Source: Candidatus Woesearchaeota archaeon (GTDB taxonomy: Archaea; Nanobdellota; Nanobdellia; SCGC-AAA011-G17; UBA489). Taken from it: a DNA stretch of 64,000 bases. Positions 19,154 to 28,922 of the stretch are shown here, one piece after another. Each line of letters begins with the position of its first letter. Positions within the stretch are counted from its first letter, which is position 1. Both the position numbers and the translations under genes were made by a program. The notes below the pieces were generated by a model. It searched no databases. It saw only the letters and a list, made by a program, of their open reading frames with translations, and was not told the origin of the DNA. Where the stretch lies: positions 73,246 to 137,245 of the forward strand of contig CAYFJW010000002.1 in the NCBI GenBank assembly GCA_964343875.1. The letters run 5' to 3'.

Positions 19154-19981
19154 ATGAGAATCCCCATTAAAAAGAAAGAAAACAAAAACCTTTCAAAATA
19201 CCTCACAGGCGACCTACAGATAGCAAGAAAGTTCGCTAAATCAATGTACCAAGAGTTTGGCAAATTCATCTCATCCATGGTTTTATTTGGCTCGGCAGCA
19301 AAACATGTGGCAAATCCCAAGAGAGACATTGACATCCTAATAATTTTAGACGATACAAGAATACAATTCACTCAAGAACTAGTACAAACTTACAGAATTT
19401 TATTAGAAAAGATAATTGCAAAAACAGATCCAAAGAGATTACACATTCAATCAATGAAATTAACTTCTTTCTGGGAATATGTTCGTGCAGGAGACCCAGT
19501 AGCAATTAACGTGCTAAGATCAGGAGTTGCACTAATTGACACAAATGTATTCGACCCATTACAAGCATTATTAGATCAAGGAAGAATTAGGCCAACACAA
19601 GAATCAATCTGGACGTACTACACTCTAGCACCTGCATCCTTGGACAGGTCAAAACAACATTTGCTTTCGGCTTCAATTGATTTATATTGGTGTGCCGTTG
19701 ATGCAGCACATGCAGCACTAATGTCAGTGGGAGAAATACCTCCTTCACCAGACCACGTAGCAGAAATGTTACAAGACAAACTAAATGCACCCCACCAAGT
19801 ATCTAGAAAATCACTAAAGACAATGAGAGAGCTCTACGCCCTATTCAAAGGAATAGTTCACAGGGATATTAAATCCGTTTCAGGAAAAGATTATGATTTA
19901 TACAGAAAAAAAGCAGAAGACTTTCTAAAAGAAATGAAATATTTCATAGAAGACCAACATAAACATGGTCATAAAATTTAG
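19154..19981 (+). CDS. Minimal nucleotidyltransferase fused to a HEPN-like domain
   Basis: LFGSAA...DIDIL; C-terminal helical region (AAHAALM...PDHVAE). Confidence 0.7.
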   Translation: MRIPIKKKENKNLSKYLTGDLQIARKFAKSMYQEFGKFISSMVLFGSAAKHVANPKRDIDILIILDDTRIQFTQELVQTYRILLEKIIAKTDPKRLHIQSMKLTSFWEYVRAGDPVAINVLRSGVALIDTNVFDPLQALLDQGRIRPTQESIWTYYTLAPASLDRSKQHLLSASIDLYWCAVDAAHAALMSVGEIPPSPDHVAEMLQDKLNAPHQVSRKSLKTMRELYALFKGIVHRDIKSVSGKDYDLYRKKAEDFLKEMKYFIEDQHKHGHKI

Positions 19982-19995
19982 TGCGTAAGTTTTAC

Positions 19996-20475
19996 TTACG
20001 CGGCAAGACCATACTCTTTACGAGCATCTCTGTCTTGCAAGATTCTCTTAATGGCCTCATGATAACCTGTATGCTTACCAGCTTCAACAAGTTCTTTGTC
20101 AGGCTTAATACCAGTCTCGTTTACAACTCTCTTAACCAAGTCTGGACCAAGGAATCCCATATGTAAGGGCCTTACTGCACCTTCAAATCCAGTGATAACT
20201 TCACCCAAGTTTTGAAGTGCCCTAGGCAAGCCCGCTTGTTTCTTCATTTCACCTTGAAACTCAAGAACTGCTTGCATAAATGAAGCTCTGTTCATTGAAG
20301 TTGAGGCAGCCAAACCATCACGATCACTTGCACCCGCAAGATCTACATAAAGATCTAATAGGCCATCATCCAACTTTTTAGGATCTTTTCCAGCCATAGC
20401 GCCATCCATCAAACCACTAAAGGATTGATAAGCAGCATCTACTTTTCGAAGTGTTCCTGTTTTTGCTTTAGTCAT
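19996..20475 (-). CDS. Hypothetical protein
   Basis: 159-aa ORF preceded by GGGGTGA SD. Confidence 0.6.
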   Translation of the reverse strand: MTKAKTGTLRKVDAAYQSFSGLMDGAMAGKDPKKLDDGLLDLYVDLAGASDRDGLAASTSMNRASFMQAVLEFQGEMKKQAGLPRALQNLGEVITGFEGAVRPLHMGFLGPDLVKRVVNETGIKPDKELVEAGKHTGYHEAIKRILQDRDARKEYGLAA

Positions 20476-20646
20476 AGTTATTCACCCCATAATTAGGATA
20501 ATAGTGAGTGCCATAACCCCTATTTAAACCTTTCTATTTAATGTCACTAGAAAGTAACAACTAATTAAGGACAATGCATTTATAAACTCAATAAAAGACC
20601 CATTTTCAGAGGGCTAATATAACCAAAAAGGACCCCTCCAACAAAA

Positions 20647-21810
20647 ATGAAACCGGAATATTTCGTAGTACACTATGCAGAAGTAGCCATAAAAGGCAAG
20701 AACAGACCATTATTTGAGAGAATTCTAATAGAAAACATCACCAAATCAATAAAAGGCCTAAAAGCAAACGGAGTCAAAAGGAAATTTGGAAGAATTATAG
20801 TAAACCTAAAAGAGGACTCGGAAATAGAAAAAATCAAGCAAAAACTCTCAAAAGTCCCCGGAATTTCTTCATATTCTCCAGCCCTAAAAAGCACACATGG
20901 GACAAAAGATATGGCCAAAAAAGCGCTTGGTTTAATAAAAAAACCAAAATCTTTCTACGTAAAAGTAAAAAGATCCTACAAAAAACACCCACTAAAATCT
21001 CTGGAAATTGCAAAAGAAGTTGGAACTATCGTCTCAGAAGAAACAAAAGTTCCAGTTGACTTTATTGAACCAGAAACAACAATTTTCTTAGAAGTTATAG
21101 AAAGTGGAACTTACATTTACACTGAAAAAAACGAAGGCATTGGCGGCCTACCTGTAAGTGTGTCTGGAAAAGTTATGGTTTTACTTTCAGGAGGAATTGA
21201 TTCACCAGTTGCATCTTTCCTAACATTAAAACGCGGTTGTAGAAATCTATATGTTCACTTCCATTCAGAACCATACACGAAAGAATCTTCAAGAAAGAAA
21301 GTAGAAAAACTAGCAAACATAATTGCAGAATACCAAGGACAAACTAAAGTTTACATGGTCCCACTTATTGACATACAAAAAGAAATTATGCTTAAAACAG
21401 ATAAGAAATATAGAGTAATTCTTTACAGGAGATTTATGTTCAGACTAGCAGAAAAATTAGCAAGAAAAAACAAAGCAAAAGCATTAGTAACAGGTGAAAA
21501 TCTAGGCCAAGTTGCATCCCAAACAATTGAAAACATCCATTCAATCCATACCACAGTCAAACTTCCAATCATACAACCACTAATCACATTTGACAAACAA
21601 GAAATAATAAACCTAGCACAAAAAATAGGCACTTATGAAACATCCATAGAACCCCACGACGACTGCTGCTCTTTATTCCTACCAAAACACCCTGCAACAA
21701 AATCCGACCTAAAAACTGTTGAACAAGAAGAGGCCAAACTAGATGTAGAATCCTTACTAAAAAACGCCTTAAAGAAAACAGAAAAGGTAACAATTAACCA
21801 AGATTTATAA
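20647..21810 (+). CDS. thiI: tRNA 4-thiouridine synthase ThiI
   Basis: THUMP domain, SGGIDS PP-loop, GENLGQVASQT, DDCC. Confidence 0.92.
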   Translation: MKPEYFVVHYAEVAIKGKNRPLFERILIENITKSIKGLKANGVKRKFGRIIVNLKEDSEIEKIKQKLSKVPGISSYSPALKSTHGTKDMAKKALGLIKKPKSFYVKVKRSYKKHPLKSLEIAKEVGTIVSEETKVPVDFIEPETTIFLEVIESGTYIYTEKNEGIGGLPVSVSGKVMVLLSGGIDSPVASFLTLKRGCRNLYVHFHSEPYTKESSRKKVEKLANIIAEYQGQTKVYMVPLIDIQKEIMLKTDKKYRVILYRRFMFRLAEKLARKNKAKALVTGENLGQVASQTIENIHSIHTTVKLPIIQPLITFDKQEIINLAQKIGTYETSIEPHDDCCSLFLPKHPATKSDLKTVEQEEAKLDVESLLKNALKKTEKVTINQDL

Positions 21811-21833
21811 ACCACAAGTAATACAGGAAAACC

Positions 21834-22544
21834 ATGAAAAAGAGTGATGTGATTTCTCTAAAGAACGTATGGAAAACATACCAGATGGGCGAAACAACTT
21901 TAGACGCAGCAAAAGAGATCAACATTGATATAAAAAAAGGTGAATTTGTAGTAATTCTAGGACCAAGTGGGGCGGGCAAAAGTACAATTATGAATTTGGT
22001 TGGATGCCTAGATGAACCAACAAAAGGCCATATTTACTTAGATGGAAAAGATGTATCTTTGATGCATGAATCAGAATTAAGCAAGATTCGTGGACAAAAG
22101 ATAGGTTTCATCTTTCAACAATTCAATTTAATCCCTACATTGACAGCCGCAGAAAATGTTTATTTACCTATGTCTTTCCAAGATGTAGAGAGAAGAGAAG
22201 GTCTAGAAAAAGCAAAAAAACTTTTAAAAATGGTTGGATTAGGAGACAGATCCCACCACAAACCAACAGAATTGTCCGGCGGAGAAAGACAAAGAGTTGC
22301 AATAGCAAGATCAATGGCAAACTCCCCAAGCGTTATTCTAGCGGACGAACCAACTGGAAACCTAGACTCAAAAACAGGTCAAGAAGTGATGACTATGTTA
22401 AATAAAATACACGAAGAAGGCGCCACAGTAATTTTAATCACACATGATCTAAATTTGGTAAAACATGCAGAAAGAACAATCTTTTTAAAAGATGGAATGG
22501 TAGAAAAGATTAAGAACGGATCTAAAAAAAGAAAGGTGATGTAA
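21834..22544 (+). CDS. ABC transporter ATP-binding protein (LolD/MacB family)
   Basis: GPSGAGKS, LSGGERQRVAIAR, DEPTGNLD, ITHD. Confidence 0.95.
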   Translation: MKKSDVISLKNVWKTYQMGETTLDAAKEINIDIKKGEFVVILGPSGAGKSTIMNLVGCLDEPTKGHIYLDGKDVSLMHESELSKIRGQKIGFIFQQFNLIPTLTAAENVYLPMSFQDVERREGLEKAKKLLKMVGLGDRSHHKPTELSGGERQRVAIARSMANSPSVILADEPTGNLDSKTGQEVMTMLNKIHEEGATVILITHDLNLVKHAERTIFLKDGMVEKIKNGSKKRKVM

Positions 22545-22545
22545 A

Positions 22546-23397
22546 ATAAAAGGAAAAAAAGGCCTCTTAATTTCACTGCTTGTATTGCTTTTAGTACCGC
22601 TAGTCTCAGCACAAAGTTTACAAATTGGTTTGATTAATCAAGACCCAGATCCAGTAACAGCTGGGGACGTAGTTAAGATTAGATTCAAAGTAGAGAACTT
22701 ATGGGAAACAACAAAAGAACCGGTTATTTTAGAAATAATGCCTGAATATCCCTTTACACTTTACTCCGGAAAAAACGTTAGAAATATTGGAATACTCCAT
22801 GGAAGACAAACGGGAATTGAAGCTCCAATTGTTGATTATAGGTTAAAGGTAGATGAAGAAGCAGTTGATGGGGATAATGAAATCGGGATTAAAGTTAAGG
22901 TTGGAGACACAACATGGGTTTATGATGATTTCTTCATAGAGGTTGAAAATGAAGAAATAAGATTAAGAAATTATATTAGAAGTAGTAACTTAATTGTCCC
23001 AGAATCAAAAGGCAAGGTTTCAATTGAATTTGCAAATGCAGGTGGTTACGACTTTGAGTTCTTTGAGGTATGGCTCCTTCCGTCAGATGATTACAAATTA
23101 CTTTCAACAAGCAATTATGTTTACATTGGAGACATAGATTCAGATGATACAGAAAGTGAAGAGTTTGAAATTTATGTTCCAAAGGATGTCAGAGAAGTAA
23201 ATATCCCAATAAAGGTTTCTTATGAGGTCAATGACTTTGAATATGTTTCAGAAGAAGTTCTAACGCTTCAATTACTCAATTCTGGAGAAGCAAAGAGTAT
23301 TGGGTTAATCAAATCCAGTACAGGAAAAAACATTCTCTGGGGGATAATAATTGGTCTTGTTCTTCTATACCTCTATAGAAGATACAAGAAGCGATGA
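22546..23397 (+). CDS. COG1361-like S-layer-domain membrane protein; probable ATA start
   Basis: NQDPDPV..GD.V.IRF and YIGDIDSDD motifs, C-terminal TM. The full signal peptide only appears if translation starts at ATA 22546. Confidence 0.75.
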   Translation: MKGKKGLLISLLVLLLVPLVSAQSLQIGLINQDPDPVTAGDVVKIRFKVENLWETTKEPVILEIMPEYPFTLYSGKNVRNIGILHGRQTGIEAPIVDYRLKVDEEAVDGDNEIGIKVKVGDTTWVYDDFFIEVENEEIRLRNYIRSSNLIVPESKGKVSIEFANAGGYDFEFFEVWLLPSDDYKLLSTSNYVYIGDIDSDDTESEEFEIYVPKDVREVNIPIKVSYEVNDFEYVSEEVLTLQLLNSGEAKSIGLIKSSTGKNILWGIIIGLVLLYLYRRYKKR

Positions 23398-24614
23398 AAG
23401 GAAATTATCTAAGAATTGTACATTCTTCAATAAGACAGAAGAAATTAAGAAGTTGGTTAACCCTAATTGGAATTCTAATTGGAATAGCCGCAGTGATATC
23501 TTTAATGACTCTTGGAGAAGGTCTTAGAACAGCAGTAACTGGACAATTCGACTTGCTTAACCCAGATGTTCTTCAGGTAAGGGCTGAAGGAGTTTCGCAA
23601 GGCCCCCCAGGAACAGGAGTAGCTAACCCTTTAGAAAGATACTACATAGATGACATTGAAAGCATAAAAGGTGCTGACTTCGCCATGGGAAGAATAATTG
23701 AAGAGGCCCAACTGATTTTTGAGGGCAGAAGTTATTTTGGTTATATTGGAAGTATGCCTGACAACATTGGTCTCTCAGAATTCCAAAAATTAGCACAAGT
23801 CGAAATAGAAAAAGGAAGCATGATCACACCAGCCGACACTTCTAAAATAATGGTCGGTAATGACTTTACAAAATCGGATGCATTTGGAACTCCCGTTAGG
23901 TTAAGAGATGCAATAAAAATTAATGATAAAAAATTCAAAGTAAAGGGCATCATGGAGAAAAAAGGAAGCTTCATCGTAGACAAAACAGTAACAATGAACG
24001 AAGAGGTTATGCGTGAAATGTTTGACGCGGGAGAAAGATACGATGCAATCGCAGTCAAAGTAGAGCAAGGGGCCGACATGAGCATTGTAAAGGAAAGGAT
24101 TGAAGATTACCTACGTAACGAAAGAGATGTTGATGTAGGTGATGAAGACTTTTCTGTTGAATCACCAGAAGAGGCCATGGCTTCATTAGAAAGTGCACTG
24201 TTCGGAGTGCAAATATTTGTTTATTTAATAGCAGCAATATCTATTCTAGTTGGGGGCATTGGAATATCAAACACGATGTATACCTCAGTACTAGAAAAAA
24301 CAAAAGAAATTGGAATTATGAAGGCAATTGGGGCTAAAAATTCACAAATACTATTACTATTCCTAACTGAATCAGGACTTCTAGGCCTTGTAGGCGGTAT
24401 TCTAGGCCTAATAATTGGTTTATTCACAGCATTTGGTCTAGCAAGAGTCGGAAACAACTTCATGGGCGACGGTTTAATCTCACTAAACATTTCATTTACA
24501 ATTATAATCCTAACACTATTATTTTCATTCCTAGTAGGAGTAATCTCTGGAATAACCCCTGCAATGAAAGCAGCTAAATTAAAACCAATTGACGCACTGA
24601 GGTTCACAAAGTGA
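23394..24614 (+). CDS. ABC transporter permease (MacB/FtsX family)
   Basis: RSWLTLIGILIGIAAV, NTMYTSVLEKTKEIGIMKAIGA, PIDALR. Confidence 0.92.
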   Translation: MKGNYLRIVHSSIRQKKLRSWLTLIGILIGIAAVISLMTLGEGLRTAVTGQFDLLNPDVLQVRAEGVSQGPPGTGVANPLERYYIDDIESIKGADFAMGRIIEEAQLIFEGRSYFGYIGSMPDNIGLSEFQKLAQVEIEKGSMITPADTSKIMVGNDFTKSDAFGTPVRLRDAIKINDKKFKVKGIMEKKGSFIVDKTVTMNEEVMREMFDAGERYDAIAVKVEQGADMSIVKERIEDYLRNERDVDVGDEDFSVESPEEAMASLESALFGVQIFVYLIAAISILVGGIGISNTMYTSVLEKTKEIGIMKAIGAKNSQILLLFLTESGLLGLVGGILGLIIGLFTAFGLARVGNNFMGDGLISLNISFTIIILTLLFSFLVGVISGITPAMKAAKLKPIDALRFTK

Positions 24615-25828
24615 TTAATCAAGAACTAATTAAAACATCCCTCGCATCAATAAAGAAGAGAAAGGCAAGAAGCGCCCTAACAATTGTCTCCGTGTTAATA
24701 GGTGTAACTGCGATCTTTGTACTAATTAGTTTCGGACAAGGACTAGTTGCATATGTTGATGACTTCTCGCAAAAGATGGGCGATGATAAATTACTTGTTC
24801 AACCAAAAGGATTTGGATTAGGCATATCAATTGAGACTAATGTTGTATTCACAGACAGAGACATAAACACAATAGAAGACACCTTTGGTGTAGACGAAGT
24901 TACGGGAATGTATTATGAGGTCGCACCAGTTGAATTTGAAGATGAGGAAAAATATGTTTTCGTTATGGGATCAGACGTAAAGGATCATAGAGAGTTATTT
25001 AATGAAATTTACAATATAGAAATATTCCGTGGAGATGATCTAGAAGGAAAAGAGAAAAAAGACGCAGTCTTTGGTTATAATTACCTACTAGATGAGGGCG
25101 GAGCTTATCCTGAACCCCTAGAACTAAGAGATAACGTCCTAATTAACGGCGTTCCTATAAAGGTTAAGGGCTTCTATGAATCAGTGGGAAACCCCGTAGA
25201 CGATTACAACGTATACTTAACAAAGGTGGGCTTTGAAGAATTATTCAAACCAAAAAGTTACCAAGCAATATTAATCAGATCGGCAGAAGGACAAAATCCT
25301 CCACTAGTTGCAGAAAAGATAAAAAAAGATCTAAGAAAATCAAGAGGCCAATCTAGAGGTAATGAAGACTTTGATGTTCAAACATTTGAACAAGTAATTG
25401 AATCATTCACATCAATATTGGTAACATTAAATGTTATCTTAGTTTTAATAGCATTTATTTCATTAATTGTTGCAGGAGTTAACATTGCAAACACAATGTA
25501 CGCTTCAGTTTTAGAAAGAACAAAAGACATTGGAGTGATGAAAGCAATTGGTGCTAAAAACTCCAACATACTAATGATGTTTGCATTAGAGTCAGGACTA
25601 CTTTCTTTAATTGGCGGAATAATCGCAGTCGGACTAGGAACAGTAATTGCAATCTATGCAGGAAAGGTTGTTGAAGCAGCAGGTTATGGTTTCTTACAAC
25701 CGGCATTACTCCCATCACTCTACATCGCATGCTTAATATTCTCAGTTTTCATAGGTATTGCATCAGGTCTAATGCCTGCATACAGAGCTTCTAAGATGAA
25801 ACCTGTTGATGCATTAAGATATGAATAG
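24611..25828 (+). CDS. ABC transporter permease (MacB/FtsX family)
   Basis: RSALTIVSVLIG, NTMYASVLERTKDIGVMKAIGA, PVDALRYE. Confidence 0.92.
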   Translation: MINQELIKTSLASIKKRKARSALTIVSVLIGVTAIFVLISFGQGLVAYVDDFSQKMGDDKLLVQPKGFGLGISIETNVVFTDRDINTIEDTFGVDEVTGMYYEVAPVEFEDEEKYVFVMGSDVKDHRELFNEIYNIEIFRGDDLEGKEKKDAVFGYNYLLDEGGAYPEPLELRDNVLINGVPIKVKGFYESVGNPVDDYNVYLTKVGFEELFKPKSYQAILIRSAEGQNPPLVAEKIKKDLRKSRGQSRGNEDFDVQTFEQVIESFTSILVTLNVILVLIAFISLIVAGVNIANTMYASVLERTKDIGVMKAIGAKNSNILMMFALESGLLSLIGGIIAVGLGTVIAIYAGKVVEAAGYGFLQPALLPSLYIACLIFSVFIGIASGLMPAYRASKMKPVDALRYE

Positions 25829-25858
25829 ACTTTTATACACAAAAATCAAATTTACTTA

Positions 25859-25925
25859 GCCCGGCAGTGTGGTCAATACGACTAGGCTCTGCCTTGCATG
25901 AATATTGAAGTTAATGTCGGGCAAA
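25859..25925 (+). ncRNA. Archaeal single-hairpin box H/ACA pseudouridylation guide RNA targeting 16S helix 31
   Basis: Lower stem GCCCGGCA/UGUCGGGC; pocket GUGUGG + AGUUAA complementary to 16S UUAACU-CCACAC (29840-29851); upper stem UCAAUA/UAUUGA; K-turn (CAU bulge, tandem GA); 3' ANA (AAA) box; TATA-like TTTTATA at 25831-25837. Confidence 0.85.
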
Positions 25926-25970
25926 ACTATTTCGATAATTATTTAAATAAAACCCACTAGAGGGTAGTAA

Positions 25971-26849
25971 ATGCTATACAATCTACAGGTTGGAAAGGCA
26001 ATGCATAACGCCCTGGGAGATATAGCGGAAGCATTCAGGACAAATCCAACACTCCAAGGCGCCGCCCTTAGAGTTTTTGGGAGTATGCACGAAGCCGCAA
26101 TGACCACAAGAGCACCAAATCAAACAATCTACGATTTAGATGTCCTTTGTTTAGTGCCAAGAATAACTGATGAAATTAAAGAAGCAGCAACAAGGGTAGT
26201 GGATGATTCATCAAGCAGGAATTCTGCCCACGGGGTAACGCTTGAACCATTTTATGAACACTTTCCTGCAGACACCACCCCGCCAGAGAAAGGCCAAAAA
26301 ATAATAGTTCATTTTCAAATGTTTGATCCAAAAACTTTTTCATGTGAACTTCCTAGATTTAGACATAGTCTAACGAGACACGGATTTCCAATATATGGAA
26401 GAGTCCCTCAAGGATTGTTAGTTGAAAGACTAGGTTTGAAAGATGTAATGGATGAACCAGGAAAAAGAATTGAGGAGGTTCTAGCTAGAAGAAGGATGGG
26501 GTGGGAAGTGTCCACCAAATCAGAGGGCGCACAAAACTGGAGAGAACACTTCTTGGATCCCGGCAGTCTAACAAGATACTGCATCTACTCGGTAACAAAT
26601 CTTGCTGCAAATGTATTGAATGTTCTAAACCCTTACACTCCATGGCCACATTTTGAGAAAGGAAGAGATTGTGCTGAAGCTTTCAGAAGTTTATTTCCAG
26701 CAGTTCAGGGAGCAAGTCTGCCAGGAGAAGTTTTTGACTTACAAGAAAGAATGAGGAGCAGAGAGAATGTTTCAACCGAGGGTTTAGAAGGAGAAACACT
26801 AAACTTCCTCTCCGCAGCAGACCAAATGTTGAGAAATATTACGGGCTAA
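25971..26849 (+). CDS. Nucleotidyltransferase-superfamily protein with a helical C-domain
   Basis: VFGS...YDLDVL motif; appears more GC-rich than neighbours. Confidence 0.55.
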   Translation: MLYNLQVGKAMHNALGDIAEAFRTNPTLQGAALRVFGSMHEAAMTTRAPNQTIYDLDVLCLVPRITDEIKEAATRVVDDSSSRNSAHGVTLEPFYEHFPADTTPPEKGQKIIVHFQMFDPKTFSCELPRFRHSLTRHGFPIYGRVPQGLLVERLGLKDVMDEPGKRIEEVLARRRMGWEVSTKSEGAQNWREHFLDPGSLTRYCIYSVTNLAANVLNVLNPYTPWPHFEKGRDCAEAFRSLFPAVQGASLPGEVFDLQERMRSRENVSTEGLEGETLNFLSAADQMLRNITG

Positions 26850-26900
26850 TCCGGTTTAGCGTAACCAAACTCTTTTAAAAGTCGAATTCAGATAAAACCT

Positions 26901-27917
26901 ATGCTAACGCCCAAGGAACAAGAAATTCTTAATTCTATTAAAATAAGATCAGACGACGATCCAAACAATCCAGAATTTCCTCCAGAAAGTCCAAAATTCC
27001 CAGCCACCCCAACCTGCAAAATAAAAGTTCCCGGCTTCTCCAACGTTTTATTCAAGGATGAAAGCCACAACCCCACAGGCACACACAAAGACAGGATGGC
27101 CTGGGAAATGGTTGTAACATACAGAGACTTCTTAATATCTAAAAAACTTGGCCACATCAAAAAACTCCCCAGAATGTCTATAATCACCTCTGGGTCAGCA
27201 GGGTATGCAATACAAAAGAGGCTAAAAGAGTACAACCTACCTCCACTAAAATGTCTAATTGACTCTCACTTAGACCCAGAAATAAAAAAGAAACTTGAAT
27301 CAGTTGGGTGCGAATTATTTGAAACAACCTTGTCAAAGAAACCTTTTTCCTGGGAAGAAATACTAAAACTAACAGACAATCCAGATGGAATTGATATTAC
27401 ATCCGCAGAAGCGTTAGATCCAACAACAAGATATTATGATTGGTTAAGTTATGAAATAATAAACGACTCTCCAAACTATTGTTTCATCCCATTCGGAACA
27501 GGAAATTTATATGAAAACATTCTTAACATTAGTAAAAAAGAAGTTAGCTCTCTAAAACACGACCCAAGATTTAAAGGAGACATAAAAAAATTAAGGAACT
27601 GTCATTTCATTGGCGCAACATCAAACAACCCAAAAACAAAAGCAGACAAACTTTACTCCGCACACTTACCATTTGTTCACTTTGGAGAACAATGGGTTAA
27701 ACTATATCGTTACGCAGCTTATTGTGGAAACAAATCAGATGTCCACATTCTAAAAGAAAAATATTTGGACCAGGCAGTAAAACTAGGAGAAAAGTTAGGT
27801 CTAAATTTTGAGCCATCAGGAATCGCAGGATTAGGCATGCTCTTACAAAGAAAAAACAATATCCCAAAAGACGCCAAAATTCTCATAGTCAACACAGGAA
27901 AAACAAAATATGATTAG
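26901..27917 (+). CDS. PLP-dependent fold-type II enzyme (threonine synthase/dehydratase-like)
   Basis: FKDESHNPTGTHKDR (PLP Lys), TSGSAG, PFGTGNL, EPSG, VNTG. Confidence 0.8.
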   Translation: MLTPKEQEILNSIKIRSDDDPNNPEFPPESPKFPATPTCKIKVPGFSNVLFKDESHNPTGTHKDRMAWEMVVTYRDFLISKKLGHIKKLPRMSIITSGSAGYAIQKRLKEYNLPPLKCLIDSHLDPEIKKKLESVGCELFETTLSKKPFSWEEILKLTDNPDGIDITSAEALDPTTRYYDWLSYEIINDSPNYCFIPFGTGNLYENILNISKKEVSSLKHDPRFKGDIKKLRNCHFIGATSNNPKTKADKLYSAHLPFVHFGEQWVKLYRYAAYCGNKSDVHILKEKYLDQAVKLGEKLGLNFEPSGIAGLGMLLQRKNNIPKDAKILIVNTGKTKYD

Positions 27918-27934
27918 CTAATCACCACAGCAAA

Positions 27935-27951
27935 CCTTATAAACCTAAAAT
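27935..27951 (+). promoter_or_regulatory. 16S rRNA promoter (TATA box)
   Basis: CCTTATAAACCTAAAAT, near-identical to the element upstream of 23S. Confidence 0.65.
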
Positions 27952-28922
27952 CAACATTTCTTGCAACAACATTCAGTATGTGAGTGTAATAAATCGCGGC
28001 GAATAGAATTTCTTATCGTCAGTTTTATGCATAACACTGAAAGTTATCAAAATCAAGGGATATAGACCGATTCAATGAAGTTTATATCCACAATGAGTAC
28101 TCAAAAAAGTATGATGTAGGTATGAATTGGTAGATGGTAGCGCAAATAAGACTCTGTCTTAATACCTAAAAAAATCAAAATAATATAGATCGTACAATTC
28201 CCGTTGATCCTGCGGGAGGTCGCTGCTATCGGGATTCGAATTAGACATGCAAGTCAAGATCTCTTCGGAGGTCGGCGAAAGGCTCAGTAACACGTCGATA
28301 ATCTGCCCTATGGTCTGGAATAACCTCGGGAAACTGAGGGTAAAACCGGATAAAAGATTGATACTGGAAGGTTCTTTCTTTGAAAGATTACGCCATAGGA
28401 TGAGTCGGCGGCTGATTAGGCTGTTGGTGAGGTAACGGCTCACCAAACCGATGATCAGTAGGGGGTATGAGAGTACTGTCCTCGAGAAGGGCACTGAGAC
28501 AAGGGCCCTAGCCCTAAGGGGTGCAGCAGTTACGAAAACTTTACAATGCGCGAAAGCGTGATAGGGGAATCCCGAGTGCTTACTTTACAGTAGGCTTTTG
28601 TCAAGTGTAAGGAGCTTGACGAATAAGTGGTGGGTAATACTGGTGCCAGCCGCCGCGGTAACACCAGAGCCACAAGTGGGGGCCATTTTTATTGGGTCTA
28701 AAGCGTCCGTAGCCGGTTTGGAAAGTCCTTTGTGAAATTGTTAGGCTTAACTTAGCAGCGTGCAAGGGAAACTTCCTTACTAGGAACCGGGAGACGATAA
28801 GAGTATGCCAGGGGGAGCGGTAAAATGTTTTAATCCTTGGTAGACTACCGATAGCGAAGGCACTTATCGAGAACGGGTTCGACGGTCAGGGACGAAGGCT
28901 GGGGGAGCAAAACGGATTAGAT

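Noticed and set aside
21834..25828. ABC operon as a LolCDE lipoprotein-sorting system linked to Lgt/LspA
   Set aside because: This MacB/FtsX plus COG1361 arrangement is common in archaea, and no LolA/LolB or outer-membrane genes are seen.
28159..28494. ORF-track ORFs 28159-28494 (-) and 28247-28435 (+)
   Set aside because: They lie inside the 16S rRNA.
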